This document shows, piece by piece, positions 1 to 64,000 of a stretch of DNA of 64,000 nucleotides. Location of the stretch: NCBI RefSeq assembly GCF_964204645.1, contig NC_134035.1, positions 10,882,451 to 10,946,450 on the forward strand, written 5' to 3'. Numbering within the stretch: the first letter of the stretch is position 1; every line of letters begins with the position of its first letter. The position numbers were made by a program, and so were the translations under genes. Below the pieces are notes generated by a model, which made no database searches, was not told where the DNA came from, and was given only the letters and a program-made list of their open reading frames with translations. The stretch comes from Tubulanus polymorphus (lineage: Eukaryota > Animalia > Nemertea).

Positions 1-94
1 GCTTCGTTCGGTTATCTTATAGTGTATAGAATGGTTGATAATAATTACAGTTACGATAAAAGTTTATTGCATCACAAAGAAATCACCACAAAAA

Positions 95-185
95 TACGGA
101 AGAGCACCGCGGCCAGATGATTTTTTTTTCTGAGTCGAAATTTCGAATTCGAAAAATAATCAGATGGCCGCAACGCGCTTCCGTA
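95..185. mobile_element. Small MITE-like palindrome
   Basis: TACGGAAGAGC..GCGGCCAGATGATT pairs with AATCAGATGGCCGC..GCGCTTCCGTA; CAAAAA on both flanks is a possible TSD. Confidence 0.65.
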
Positions 186-312
186 CAAAAATACAACCAA
201 TTCATAAGTTTTATTTCATTTACTAGAAGGTATTACAGAAATTCGAACATAGTTTGAAGAAGAATTACGGAATGATAGATATACAGGTAATGTTGTTTGT
301 CTCTCTACGTAC

Positions 313-51143
<50,831 letters not shown>

Positions 51144-52488
51144 TTGCGCGGTATTCCTAGGGTTTGATCACCCGCGATTGTCTGTAAGATAAGAGCAGTA
51201 ATACACAACTTCAATTCGATTTGAGGTACTTAATACAATTTAATAACTTATTGGTTGAATTTCCCTGTACACAATGCATGCTAGCAACCATGAATAATTG
51301 GAATTTCCTGAACCCAGTGCATTGCGCAATCATAACTTATAATATGATTTTTTTTTTCATATGACATTTTTACAGAATTAATGAATAAACAATACACATA
51401 AAGAATGTGATAATATTGGTTGAAGGACTGATTTAAAGCAACAGCTAGCTTGTACACGAGAACAGCCCTAAAAAGAAAAATAAGGAATAAACTTAGACAT
51501 CGGAGTAAATGACGTATTCTCGTATTCGACCAAATCTAGCGAGACTACTTCTGATTCGATACCATTTTCGACAGAGGCCGCGTCCGGGGCAACTGAAGCC
51601 ACTGGAGAAGATTTATGGGATGTTTCGGCTGAATTCAGACGTCATCGAGAAAGGTCGGCTTAATGTCACTGTAGTCAAGTGCTAATTCAGTTCCTTCAGG
51701 GATTATTGCTTTCAGTCGAGCTCGCAATAATCCCGTAGCGAGAAACCTTACTGAAACTTAATCGTTGCGTTATCTCGAGCATCGGTCGTATTAATACGTA
51801 CATATGTATGTCTACATATTCAAAGCATTCCGGACGTCAAACAAGACAAGAAATAGACACGAAGTTATCGCTTTTCTAAGTACAAGATTAGCAAAAATAA
51901 AACTACATTTCAGCCGTACTGTTTGTTCCCTTCGACGTATGATAGAGTTGCCAGTACGTGCTTCGTAGAAAAAAAAAACCGAGAATAAACATATACCTAA
52001 GCGCGGAGAGGGAAAGGGTTTGCTTTCGGGAAATCCATGAGGACCGATGTCTGATAGCGATAATTCTCAGCGCGTCGGGCCGAACCTACGGGAAGTATTA
52101 TACGCACCGAATCGATATGGTAAATTTGTACGGTAGATTATAGTAGCGGAACTGCAAACAAATCGATCACTCATTCATTAGCTTTTATCGCTGAGCACCC
52201 TCATCTAGATTTACCGAATTATAGATAGTTATAGCTGAAGTTTTGTCTAATTAAAGCCTTAAATAGTTATCGATTCATTTAGCTTACGTTCCGTACACAG
52301 GATATAGCGAGACAGCAGGCAGTTTAAACTATCATTGCCAAAACTATACCTCAGAATTTAATTCCGAACCTTTCAGCTAACGGGTAGTTAAAAAACCACC
52401 TTCCTAGAATTGTTAGATAATAAATTTCGTTGATTACACAAGTAGATATTTAAATTAGTGAATTCCATTGAATAAATGAATGAATGAA

Positions 52489-52826
52489 TTATGAGACGCA
52501 GAGAAGTCGAAAATACTACCGCGGGAATACAAATTTTAACAGCAAAATAACTGCGCAATGAGAAATGAACACATGAGGCCAGTGACTTTATAGTAAAAAT
52601 GAATAAAAGAAAAATGTAGCACAGCCAGACGAAAAAAAAATCAAGTATAATTTTCTTTTTTAATTTTTCATTTAATTTTCCTTTTCTTGTATCTATTGTT
52701 CACTATAAAGTCACTTGACTCATTTGTTCATTTATCATCGTTCAGGTTTTTTTGCTGTTTTTGTCTTTGTTTTTTCGTGGCCCAGTGCGCAATGTCCTAT
52801 AGCTTACAGCCTTCAGGCTCCCCTAT
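52489..52826. mobile_element. Foldback element with long imperfect TIRs
   Basis: AAATGAACACATGAGGCCAGTGACTTTATAGT pairs with ACTATAAAGTCACTTGACTCATTTGTTCATTT; ACAGCAAAA pairs with TTTTGCTGT. Confidence 0.65.
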
Positions 52827-53749
52827 AATCCCGTCCAAGATCCTGTAAAAACGTTTTGTATACGAATATTTTTCGTATCATATCGAATCAAGGAGAAATG
52901 AGTATCATATCGCATCAACTTGAAACCACTACAATAACGAGTTTATTTCAGCTTGTAAATCCGCTGGTTTTGTCTCGCACAACCCGGGCAGCAAATCCGA
53001 TAACTCTACGCATAACGCGTCTAAATCGATATTAATCTACGCCAGTTCCCACGAGGAGTAAAAGCGTCCTCCGAGTGACCGCGCCTGCGACTTCTCTCAT
53101 CGATACACGCGATATTGTCAATTAGCAATTTGTCTTGTGTCACGAATGATAACTAGAAGAATCCAATAAAACGGATATGAATAGATATGAAACCGGAGCC
53201 AATCGATTACCGTAATTGATAATAAATCACAGGCGCGCGGGCAACGTTTACTGACCCGCCAAATACCTAAATATTCATCAGTGCGCGTTACGGTAATATC
53301 GGAATTATCAAAATCAGTGGAACTAAATACACACTATTAGTTTCCTTGTGTATACGTATATCTTGTTTTCCAGGAAATGTTCATTATCCCGATTACAATA
53401 AAGCGCAGTTATAAAGTAAGTCAAAACTGGTTTATTCAGTGTCCAATATTGGTACCTCGCAACCTTCGGTTTTACGTACATCAAGGTTATTTAAGGTTAA
53501 TGAAACGCTATGGCAGATTGCTGTCAATATCTAAAAACCACGAATTCAATCATAAAGAAAAAAATATGAATTTCAACTTTCATAACCACTGTTAGTGCGT
53601 AATGTAACGATTAAGGAATGGCCGTAGTGGAATTAGGCGCACTCACCGGGGATCGAACCCGAGTCTCGTACGTTGAGAGAAAGTGTGTTTTCTATCTTAA
53701 AATAGATAAACAGATAAATAGATCACCCTGTTACGTTTTTGCTTAATTG

Positions 53750-53850
53750 GTAGATTTGGTTTGATTTGTTTTGATTTGGTATCTCTTACAAAGCCACCAC
53801 ACCTGCCAAGAGCGAAACAGGGGGTTTGATTTTGAAATCGAGAGAAAGCG
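53750..53850 (-). mobile_element. Retroposon 3' end with (AAATC)n tail
   Basis: CCACCACACCTGCC...AAACAGGGGG..GATTTTGA.ATCG is shared with 49773-49830 and partly with ~26441-26462. Confidence 0.5.
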
Positions 53851-55393
53851 TGTTAACCAGTAGACCTACAGAACTAGTCCACTTGACCAGTGGTTACCAG
53901 CTTCCCGTAAGAGTAACACAATCAAAGAGATTGTATGAGAAATTCTGTGAAACGGACCCTCTGAAAGTTCTCGACCGAGTTGCCCTAGTTTCGCCTTGTT
54001 TTTCTGCCTGGAGTGACCTTTAAACATTAACGTCATTTCTTCTCAATAAGACGGTCGTTTATTCCCGAAATGTGTCGTGTCTCTGAAGGTATCGATCTCG
54101 GCGACTATGCGCGAGATTTGAGCAATCCAATCACTGAACTGCATCGATTTCGCTTCATTTATCATACATTTTATTACTTCCTCGTCGAGCGATGGGACTG
54201 GCTTTTTCTTATACACAGTCGAACATCGCGAATGCACCAAACAAACATCCTTGGGAGCTACCCCAGCGTCTTGTGTTACGTTTCGATTGGACGGCGTCGT
54301 TCTTTTCGCGTGAATCATTCATGCTAAAACCACATGCGCCGAAATAGTTATGGTTTATCAGATTCTATAACGCGAATCGTTCATAGTTTTATAGAGTCAA
54401 AAAACGGTGAATTACAAAAAGCATAGTATATAAGCATGCGTTAATCAATTTTTTTTATCCATCCGTTGAATCAACGACGTTTGACAAAATGCTCGGAAAC
54501 ATGTTTCAAATCCCATGTTTCCGTGTTTCCTTGCGTCGTGTGCATCGGGCTAATAAGGTTGCATGGTGCAATAATGGAGATGTAGAAACAACTGCGATCA
54601 CAATATTGGGGATGTCGAAACTATACAAAAAACCTGTCGTGTAAATCGCTGAAAACGCTTGATATCAACACTCGTCATTTTGACAACACTCATATTGACC
54701 GCCCAAAAAAGTCGTGCTAACCTAAGACGATGTAAATATGAGAAATCTCCGGTACTATGTCGACGGTTGTTACAAGTTGAAAAAAAAACGCGGCGTGCAA
54801 ATTCGCAGATAAAGGGTTATGTTTTGATGACTGGTTATGTTTGGGCGACCGTGCGTAAAGCGATGAATCGCCGCGTATATCGCTACACCAAAAAGCCGAG
54901 TCGAGCCGAACGCCGGGCGGAGAGTTTTAGACGCAAACTGAAAAGAAACTGCGACGACAAGATTCGTAATATAGAAAAAAAACCTGCCAAAGTTAATTAA
55001 ATGCTCGGATCAATTTGTATCGGTAGGCATCGATCGTAGATTAAACCGCGGTGAAGTCGTCGAGCGCCGAGCTGGAAAAATATGTATCGTCATAGAAATG
55101 TGGCTAATCCACCGTGACCTGTTACACATCCCTGTTCATTTATCTGATATATTATCAGCGGCCGGCAATCATCCCCACAAATCTATCGCGCGAGGCGGGT
55201 AGAGGAGCGTCTGCTTCAGGAAGGAAATAACGAAAGCTTTTTACTCGTTCGAAATTACCTCCGAAATATGACTGGTTTAACATGAATGAATATTGCGTAA
55301 TTTGAATTACGTTGATGAATCGGCTGGTTGGCTCCAAACACTCCAAACCCCCCGTGATATTATTGACTCTGTCCCAGCATTCGAAGGACAGGC

Positions 55394-55758
55394 TGTTCAG
55401 AATCATCACCTGTTTCTGGAGAGCACTTTTGATGATAGTTTCACTCTCCACAGGTCACGCTATACAAATGCATCCCATCCTAGTACAATTACAACTTATG
55501 AACAGGAGTTGTCATTTTGTCCAACGTTTTTCAAACTTTATAATCTTGTGAGTTTGGCGTTTTTTAGTGGTAGCCAGTGACAGTCGCAGTCGAATTGATG
55601 CGCCTGATTCAAGACATTTCTGTTCAAATCATGACCTGTTTCTGAAGAGCACATTTGATACTTTTAAAATAGTTCCACTGTTTACAGGCCACGCTAAACA
55701 AAAGCCTTTTAGTGACAGTCGAAGTTTTGCCAACCGAATACAATTGATGCACCTGATG
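55394..55758 (+). repeat. Degenerate tandem duplication (~220-bp period)
   Basis: AATCAT.ACCTGTTTCTG.AGAGCAC and ACAGG.CACGCTA.ACAAA each occur twice. Confidence 0.6.
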
Positions 55759-57011
55759 TTTCCTCTTCTACTCCTCAAACTGTTGGGGATAAAACTAACA
55801 TTAAACATTGAGAAAAATCTATTCTGAATGTTAGAAAATGTTTAATGACGGAATCGGTAAAAAATCGCATTCACCTCATGATTGGGTCTTCAATTTACCG
55901 GATGCACTGTGCAGCCGACAGTACTAATATTTCAACTCGCTGTAGATTAAGTCAATTATCGAAAAAAGGCTGAATCCCTCGATCTATCGTGTCAGTCAGT
56001 ATTTGTTATCCTGTCATCCTGTGCTCGCGGATCTATATATATTAGACGTGATGTATTGAAAACACCGCCGATGTAGCGTTGCAACTACTGATTGTAGATT
56101 TGCTGATCAGACGAGGAGATCATTAAAGACGTCAAGATATCTTAACGTCAGGCTGGCCTGGAATCTCGGCCGATATCGAAGATGCAGCTTCATTGACCAC
56201 CGAACTACTTAATTCTTTACGAAAATACGTTCTTTTCATACTAAAATCATACTCAGAAGTTATACATGTATTTCAGCGTGACAAAATTGAAACAGTACGC
56301 CAGTAATCCCACAATACAAAAAGAAAAGCGAGTCTTCAATTCTTTTTTCAACATGTCGCCTTGATCATTATCAGGACCGGTACTTCTAGTACTGTGGGGC
56401 GTACCGTATTATATTTTGGCAATATTTCCATAGAAAATCGAGGCATAATCAAGAATTGTTGAACGTCCTCGGTTTCCCAGAAAAAGTGATATAACGTAGT
56501 CGAAAACTATTTGGTTCGAACTATTGCTCGGAGGCACCATCCGATGCGGCAATGTGTTCGGTATTCTCCTCAACGATGTTTCGGAATCTCATCAGCCTCC
56601 TTGATATTCGCACTAACAGCAAATTCATGGTCAGGTCACGAAGCTTTTGTTCGCCCTTGCATGACGCGTGTACATTACGACTTGCGGTTCCATTATCGAG
56701 AACCCGTGGCAAAATTGTCAAAATATTTCAGCCGACTGTCGTGATTGCAATTATCGCTGTTAACTCCGAGCATTCCATTTCATTAACGTGTGCATCGCAG
56801 GGGCTGGAATTTATGTAGACTCATTCGAAAATTGGCTCGCCATAATTTCAAAACGAACAAAATGTACGAAAAATTATTGTTAGTAAACTAATAGCAATAT
56901 TAGTACACAATAAGTACATGCTGAGGAGAGTCATGGATGAGCCTGGGGTCGAATCAGTAAACGATAAGAAAATAGTACTGGGAAGGTTAACTTAAAAAGC
57001 ACGAGCTTTTG

Positions 57012-57523
57012 CTACTACTGTCTGTCACACCTACTCTCCGTGCGACGTTTTGGTCCGTTATTTCGTTAATAATCGGTTTATCTACCTTTATTACGCATCA
57101 CTTTGTTCAGTGAGGAATTTGCATTCAGAAATAAACAACAATTTTCACTTAAGTTGTTTTTGTTTTCATTAATGAGCGATAGTTTACTCAGCATACGCTC
57201 GCGTAATGCTGAAAAATCCGCTCCGCGGACGCTCGGAAACGTTACAGTGACGTCATCACCTGCTCATTAGCATATCAAAATACAGTAGGTGGCGCCACGT
57301 GACGGGCCATAAAAGCCGTTTTTCAGCATTACGCGAGCGTATGCTAGGTAAACTATCGCTGATAGAAGAAAACACAAACAAATTTCTGCCAGTTCATGAT
57401 TTATTTCTGAATGCAAATTCCTTACTGAACAAATTGATGCATAATATTTACAGATCAACCGATTATTAACGAAATTACGGACCAAAACGTCGCACGAAGA
57501 GCATGTGTGACTGACAGTAGTAG
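57012..57523. mobile_element. ~510-bp MITE/foldback element with ~200-bp TIRs
   Basis: CTACTACTGTC...GACAGTAGTAG ends; CGTGCGACGTTTTGGTCCGT and AGCATACGCTCGCGTAATGCTGAAAAA have exact mirror copies. Confidence 0.9.
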
Positions 57524-57944
57524 GTATACAGTAACTTCATTAGGTCAAAGATTGTACCTGATGAAGTCAAGCTGTTATAGAGTAGCGGGGAAAGCTCGCT
57601 ATTTTGATATAATCAATTCAACCTTCCAAGTACAGTTTTTACGTTTAAGTACACGTGTATTACCTCAGAGAGCTGTTAACTTTGGAATATCGAAAGTAAA
57701 ATATTTTCTCCCGAGCTAACAATGCTTGCATCGAATAACATTTCGGACGGCAATGTGTCACGAATAAAATGACGCGCATAACAATGCTCTTTATTTTGTT
57801 CATATCGCTGATAATGGCTCTGTTTCATTATGCATATTATGTGGTTTATCAAATCGTCCATCCATTAGGATGACGTCGACACGCGGCGACGCTTAAAACA
57901 AAATTAATTGCACCATTATCGTCATCGGGTGATCATCACCACCA

Positions 57945-57987
57945 TCAACAGCAGCAGCAGCAACAGCAGCAGTATCAGCAGTATCAG
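57945..57987. repeat. (CAG)n-like trinucleotide repeat
   Basis: Seen directly; not within a supported ORF. Confidence 0.7.
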
Positions 57988-58217
57988 GAGATAAAGCTGG
58001 TAATCTACTCTCTCCGCTAGTATTCTACTCTCCCCGTTCACACCATCAGCACGCCGCAGTATCACCCTCCACGCAACTGGCGCTACTTAACGAGTGTTGA
58101 AAATCTCATTAACGAAATACGAAGTGTACTCGCCGTGAAATTCACACGTCGATTTACCGACGGGTTTGGGCACATTTTGCGCCAATCAACAATTTACGAA
58201 TTGATGATCGTTGATCG

Positions 58218-58371
58218 AAGCCCAACGCACAACGACGTAAGGAAACACGGAAACATTGAATCAAACATATTCTCGCTGTTTCCGAAACCATGTTTCTCGT
58301 AAACGCACGCGACACGGGGGAAGCTCGAAAACCTGCTTCTTCTGTTTCCCTGCGTCGTGTGCGTTGGGCTT
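58218..58371. mobile_element. MITE family A, most intact copy
   Basis: AAGCCCAACGCACAACGACG pairs with CGTCGTGTGCGTTGGGCTT; TAA-like flank. Confidence 0.8.
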
Positions 58372-59744
58372 AAAGTTACACCCTATCCGCCATCAAACAT
58401 AACAGTACCACCCTTCTTCGCACGTCCTTTCCTCTAATTCCATTTCCGCTTTCGATTCATTCTCATAAACCCCTTTTAGGCGCGTATTAAATTCGTTCCA
58501 CTTCGAATTCAGACGACGACAGCAACGAATTAGAAAATCAAACACTCTTCTGTAGATTCCGGGCGCGAGAATCAACAAAATTCGTTTAGCCGCAGGAAAC
58601 AACCGGTCGATTACGAGTCATGCACTATAGACGCACACATTTCAAATCTGTTTCGTCAAATTAAATATACGAAGTGATAGAAATTACTAGTAATCGAGTT
58701 TATGAAAACTAATTACGCGTAAGAACTGAGCTCAATGAACGCACGGTAATCCATTAATGCAACCTTGAAATTCTACGGAAACGTCCACACTTTCAGGGTC
58801 GATGAATCGAAAAAGGAACTCGTTTCAGCTCGAAGATTGACAATGACGGATTAATTTGACTGTCTATTAATGTAGATTAGTTCATTTTCTATTGTTCCCT
58901 AGAACTGTAAACAACTGCTCCTATTTTGCAGTTGTTTCCTTGGCTCGTTTATTAAGATTAAGATTTTATTAAGATTGATGCCTTTTCTTTCTAACTCCCA
59001 TTCCTTTCTTTATGGTCAGACGAATGAAAAATTGAAGACTGGAAATTGAAATGAAAACATTAAAAGCTAAGTAACGATTACTAATCAAACGCTTATTTCT
59101 TTCCCGTGACAAGTATAGGTATGGATCAGGTATGAATGTGGGTGTGGGCGACTGGGCATATTAGGTCCTTTGTATTTACTTATCCTTCGTCTTACTCTAA
59201 TTCAAATCGTTAATAAACTATCGTCATCACGACCTGAGCGGCCATTTTGTTTTCAAGGAGAGCCGCCTGGCCGACAAACCGACAACAGATGGTGGGAACT
59301 GCGCTGGTTGATTTAAACACGTGCGGTAACCTAATCCTACTTGTCGAATGGAAGCTCTAAAATATCTTCCCAAGTCGTCAACGGAGAGTAATCGATCGCC
59401 GCGGCGACTGCGTATGGTTAACGGTTATCGAACCGCGTTACGTTCGAAATCGATTCGAACGTGGAGGAAATTCGACACCGCTATCGATAGACAACGTGTT
59501 GAACATCTCGATATCGTCTTTCCCGTCGACAATAACCCGCAAGTGTTGTTCTTGTTGTAATTACTGATATTCCCGCCGGTCACGTTCGTTGCCGATGACG
59601 AGCCAAATATTTGTAATGCGGCTTAAAGGCAAAGACTGATAAAACAACTATGATAATTGTTATCCCCGGACAAAGCCGCTATCTCCGAAATGAGATAGCT
59701 GAACATCTCCGAATCGAAATACCAGAGTATTGTGCGTTGCATTC

Positions 59745-59825
59745 TCCCTCGGCAGGGATTCGAAGCAGACGTCTCTAGACTCTGCCACGGCACAAAACCC
59801 CTGCCTGTAACATGGAGCTAATCAG
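59745..59825 (-). mobile_element. Degenerate tRNA-derived SINE head
   Basis: Minus strand TAGCTCCATG...GCTTCGAATCCC. A similar B box lies on the minus strand at 53648-53660. Confidence 0.35.
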
Positions 59826-62800
59826 AAATCACGTTTTTAGCCAGGGTTATTCCATGTAAAAATATCCGTGAAACTTGCCTCAGCGATTATACAACGGCCA
59901 ATCTGATTGGCGCCGAACATTTTTTCTGCGCGCGTACCAGCGCTTTTGGGGTAATAAGGGTTTCGTAGCGTAGTAGAGTTACGCAGTGCCGTCAAATTCA
60001 AATCCCCGTCCAGAGGTGGCATGGTTGTTGAAAAAAAATACCTGCTAGCTAGACCACACTGGTTAGGCTTGGCATGTGGAACAACGACTGAGTCGTTGTG
60101 AGTTTAAAGGTTGAAAAGTCGTAAAGGTTGCTAAGGTGTCTGAAAGCGGCAAGTTTTTGCGAAACAAGTTCTTGCGGGTGCGCTGGGAATTATCGAGTTT
60201 TTTCCCAGCATGTTGGATATTTTCTGGCGCTCGAGACGAATAAAAACCAAAATGGAACCATTTATTACGTTGTAGGCTCTCTTAAGAAACACGTTCCATA
60301 ATATTCCCTTTTAAAAGGAATTATTCCGATCTCGAAAGCGGATTCGCGAAATGAAAGATGAAATGCTTGTACATTTTAATGCATGACGTGTCACATTGAA
60401 TTTTCGATTCAATTTGTCAGCAAAGTCGACGAAAACAAATCCAATACGAATCGTGCAGTATGGTATTACTTTACTCGCTAACACCGTCCAAATGCCAGCG
60501 AAACAACGACGTTATATACAGGTTTTACGGTGTGTGGCTCTTCGCTCGTCGAATCGTTGGGATGAGCGAGAGAGAGGGAAATCTGCGCTCTGTTAATGGT
60601 CCCACGACTGAAAGAAATATTCATGTCGTATTAAAAGTGCATTAATGCTACTTACGTGTGTCCGCAATCGCGGAAGAAACCTATCAATCAACTAACCGCT
60701 GTGTGCGCCGAAACGGTACAACATTTTCGATCGATCCTTCCGATAAAAAAGGGTACCGTGGGGGAAAAAGCAACTCATTTTCCGTGAAATATGCTCCCCG
60801 TGTTTTTGCCGTTCGGTAAACGCGCTTATGCGGGTCATTGTATAGGTCATCGTAGAAACGATGCAGTCGACGATCCTGACAAACGATCGAAAAGATATAT
60901 AATAGAAACGGTTGCTAATAACAAGGTATTTCGAGAAAACGTCAATATAATACAGCTTCTGAGTTAGTTACAAAAATATTTGCGTTAGATTTGGGAGAAA
61001 ATATCGAAATGATGCAGCCTCTCATTTGGTTATAACAAGGATTCGAGAAAAAAATGTCAAAACTATGCAGCTTGTGAGATTTTCATAAAAGAATTTTGGA
61101 AAACATTTCAAAATATGAAAATGATGCAATCATGGTACTGAAAATCAGATCGTTGCATGCGCCATTTTACATATATCTAATATCGCTCGAAATTGAGCAG
61201 TTATCCAAATTCATTTCACGCCGAATAAACAGCCGATCGAATGTCTCATGTACCGATCACTCACTGTTCAATTTTCTCTCCAGATCGTCTCGGAGTTGCA
61301 GAGCGCGCCTCGAACTGCTCGCTGACAACTCGAGCAATAAAACAAGATTCATTTTTACTGTTCGCATTCACGGCGTAAATGACCAAATCATTAAACCCGC
61401 AATAAATCCAGTCCGACTAAATTGGCTTCGGTGCGGTTAACTATCCTTTTGGGACGATCTGAGGTGTCGAGTTAAGCTAATGTAATCGTCCGAATGAAGT
61501 TTATAGAAAATAAGGCTCTTCTGGGACGTATAACCACGAATTAGAATGATATATATACGGAGCAGACAAAGGAAGACAACACGTCACTCGGTCAGAGAAT
61601 TTCGAAACGACGAATATAATCATTCTGAATGGTACGGTGAGTTGATGGATTGAAAAAAAAAGAAAATATGTCAGACTGGACGAGAAGGTTACGAACACAG
61701 TTTCTAAGTGACAGTCTCATATCAACAAAGTGAAAAACGTTAGTGACGAACGCTGTTTAAAGGACAAATCAATAAACGCGAGGACAATCAGTACTTTGTA
61801 GATCAACTTAAGGAGCTTCATCAGGTGAATATGAGTACAGTCAATGCAGAAACAACAGCATTTATTGGGAGAGTGACGCTGATTAGAGAATTCAGAGTAT
61901 AAGCAGAACAGTTACAAATAAATTACGAGTCACTAAATCAAAAAGGACAGGTAGACAATCGCGAACGTGGTTGGGACAGGTGGCGGAATGTGTGGTAGGC
62001 ATACCCCGTGCGGCCATGTAGAATATTGACAAAAAAGAATTGATAACTTTCTCATTTCTGCTGAGCTAAAAAGTTGACCCGGCCGGCCGGCTATCTACTC
62101 TCTACATTCCTTTTTTCAAATCATGGTCTCGCTAACCATAACATATGTTTTATTACATATTCTATTGCGGTTTACTAAAGTGACCCAGCCGATTAGGAGT
62201 AACAAGTATCATTTTCTTTAGCCAAAGAGAGAAGATAGATCGCATCCAGTACATTGATCGCGGCTGCGTTCATACGACTGTTCGAATACATCAATTAGTG
62301 ACAGGCTGACCGTATACACTCACCCCGATTAATTTACATGGGCAACATTGCCAATTTCACCATCAATTTCAATTTCCATCTCTTCATAAGCCGGAGCAAA
62401 CTCGACATATGCATACATACATATATGCATACATACATAATATGTAAGGTTGCGCGCGTCGTATTGTTGAACGCAATAGGTCGGAATTTCCTGATTAAAA
62501 TATACTTCTCTCGATACTCGTCGTCAAACCGACATTGATTAATTTCATTCTTTCGGGCCATTGTATCGACACTGGTGAAAGCTACTGGATTCTGTTGTCG
62601 GTTTGGTTTCTATACGTGAATAATCGATAAGCGGGTAATTTCGCACGCAACCGGGGGAACTTCGGTGGCGGCAGTATATTTTCTAAACGGACGTTGTCCC
62701 ATTGATTTCCACGCTGAAACAATATTGTCGAACCGAGAGACGACCGAACCTGAATTCTATAGGACAATACGAAAACAGTAAACTAAAAAACAGAATGAGG

Positions 62801-64000
62801 AACTGTAGCAATCGGTCGATACGAAAATAGTAAAATAGGGAACTGCCAACGATACTGCGGCAATCGAGGATTCCGCATATGGCAAGCAAGGATGCGCCAG
62901 GTGTCGCAAGTATTGACACGGTCTTCCGGCTTTAATTTCTTCTAAATTTCAGTTAAAACCTAATTTATTTCTCAGATAAACCGATAACTAATAAAACCTT
63001 TACCAATCACTGAATAGAATAATGCATTCAATATTATGGGTTCTGTGATAATGTATACAACTGGGAGCCTAAAAATTCAGTTCGAAGTTTATTTTGATAA
63101 TGAACTAATTTTGACGATCTAAGACCAAGTGCGTGCACATCACGTGCTTATCATATCTTGGTGCAGTTCCCTATTGACACTAATATTTTGGTTCCATATA
63201 CCTGTACTGAAACGAAATGTTTCCAAATTTCTAGAAACACGAATACGCCAATATTTTATGAATATACGATATGTTTGAAAGTTTAAAAGAAAATACGCAT
63301 AGGACAATTTAAAAACAGTTAACCAAATAGATTTGATGCCAACTTGTCTCGTTCCATGAAATTATACTGGCCACCAAATTTTCACGACGAAATATTCGAA
63401 AGACTCATGGTTCAACCACAGTCGAAACGAATTGGCGAAACCTATATCAAACGAATCGCTGATAGTTGTGAGTTGGCCTGTGATAAGAAATATTCACCTG
63501 GAGTTTATTACTCAGCTCGGTGTAAAGGACGTGGCGATCTCTGTCGTCGTGTGTACCGACGGAAATACCCGTGAGCAAAAACGGCAGTAAACTACACATT
63601 CAAACGGCACTGATCTCCAGCAGTGTTCTCCGGCTGGAAATTGCCGCCGCGGATATTCAATATTCAATATTCAACGTAACAAAAATGGATATTTTTTCCG
63701 CCGTTAATAATGCGCGATATCAATGATATCAATCTTTAAACCTGTCAACCCGTTCTAGGTTTTCCCGTTTTTCCTTGATAGGTGCCTGATATCACGAATA
63801 TATACATAGGGTTGACCTTTTGAACTTCTGAAGTATGATAATCTGAATTTCCAATAATAAACATACCAGATATAACATGAATTAATTTGTTAATTTGTTT
63901 TATACATAACTGCCCTATCTTCGGGTGGTGTATAAGGATAATCTAGCTAGTGATGATATTTAGAAGGACAGGAATGCGAGTGCCACCAGAGAATATTCAG

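Noticed and set aside
57874-58020. Poly-His/poly-Gln coding exon
   Set aside because: The frame is bounded by stops with no ATG or convincing acceptor, and there are no partner exons.
61790-61830. Minus-strand CTGATGA hammerhead
   Set aside because: No stem II followed by GAAA.

Overview
This is AT-rich, intron-dominated eukaryotic DNA, probably from an invertebrate (likely a lophotrochozoan). It contains one protein-coding gene, on the minus strand, spread over at least 51 kb: a voltage-gated proton channel of the Hv/HVCN family. Six GT-AG exons join with matching phases: 51065-51143 (ATG), 40739-40898, 9055-9179 (S1), 4144-4994 (S1-S2 loop and S2), 2043-2096 and 313-451 (S3-S4). The C-terminus lies beyond the left edge. 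The channel is atypical in three ways. S4 reads LPWRxxR, with two Arg, like the mollusc Hv3 type, instead of RxWRxxR. The charge-transfer Phe appears to be Met. The S1-S2 extracellular loop is about 260 aa and carries seven N-glycosylation sequons, furin/dibasic sites and two CxC motifs. The rest of the window is intronic or upstream sequence with many MITE/foldback elements, tRNA-derived SINEs, microsatellites (including ~213 bp of (TA)n), degenerate Penelope-type hammerhead-like motifs, and two inverted repeat pairs that bracket exons or introns of the channel gene. Nearly all other short ORFs in the track look spurious. Coordinates were counted by hand and repeat ends are approximate.
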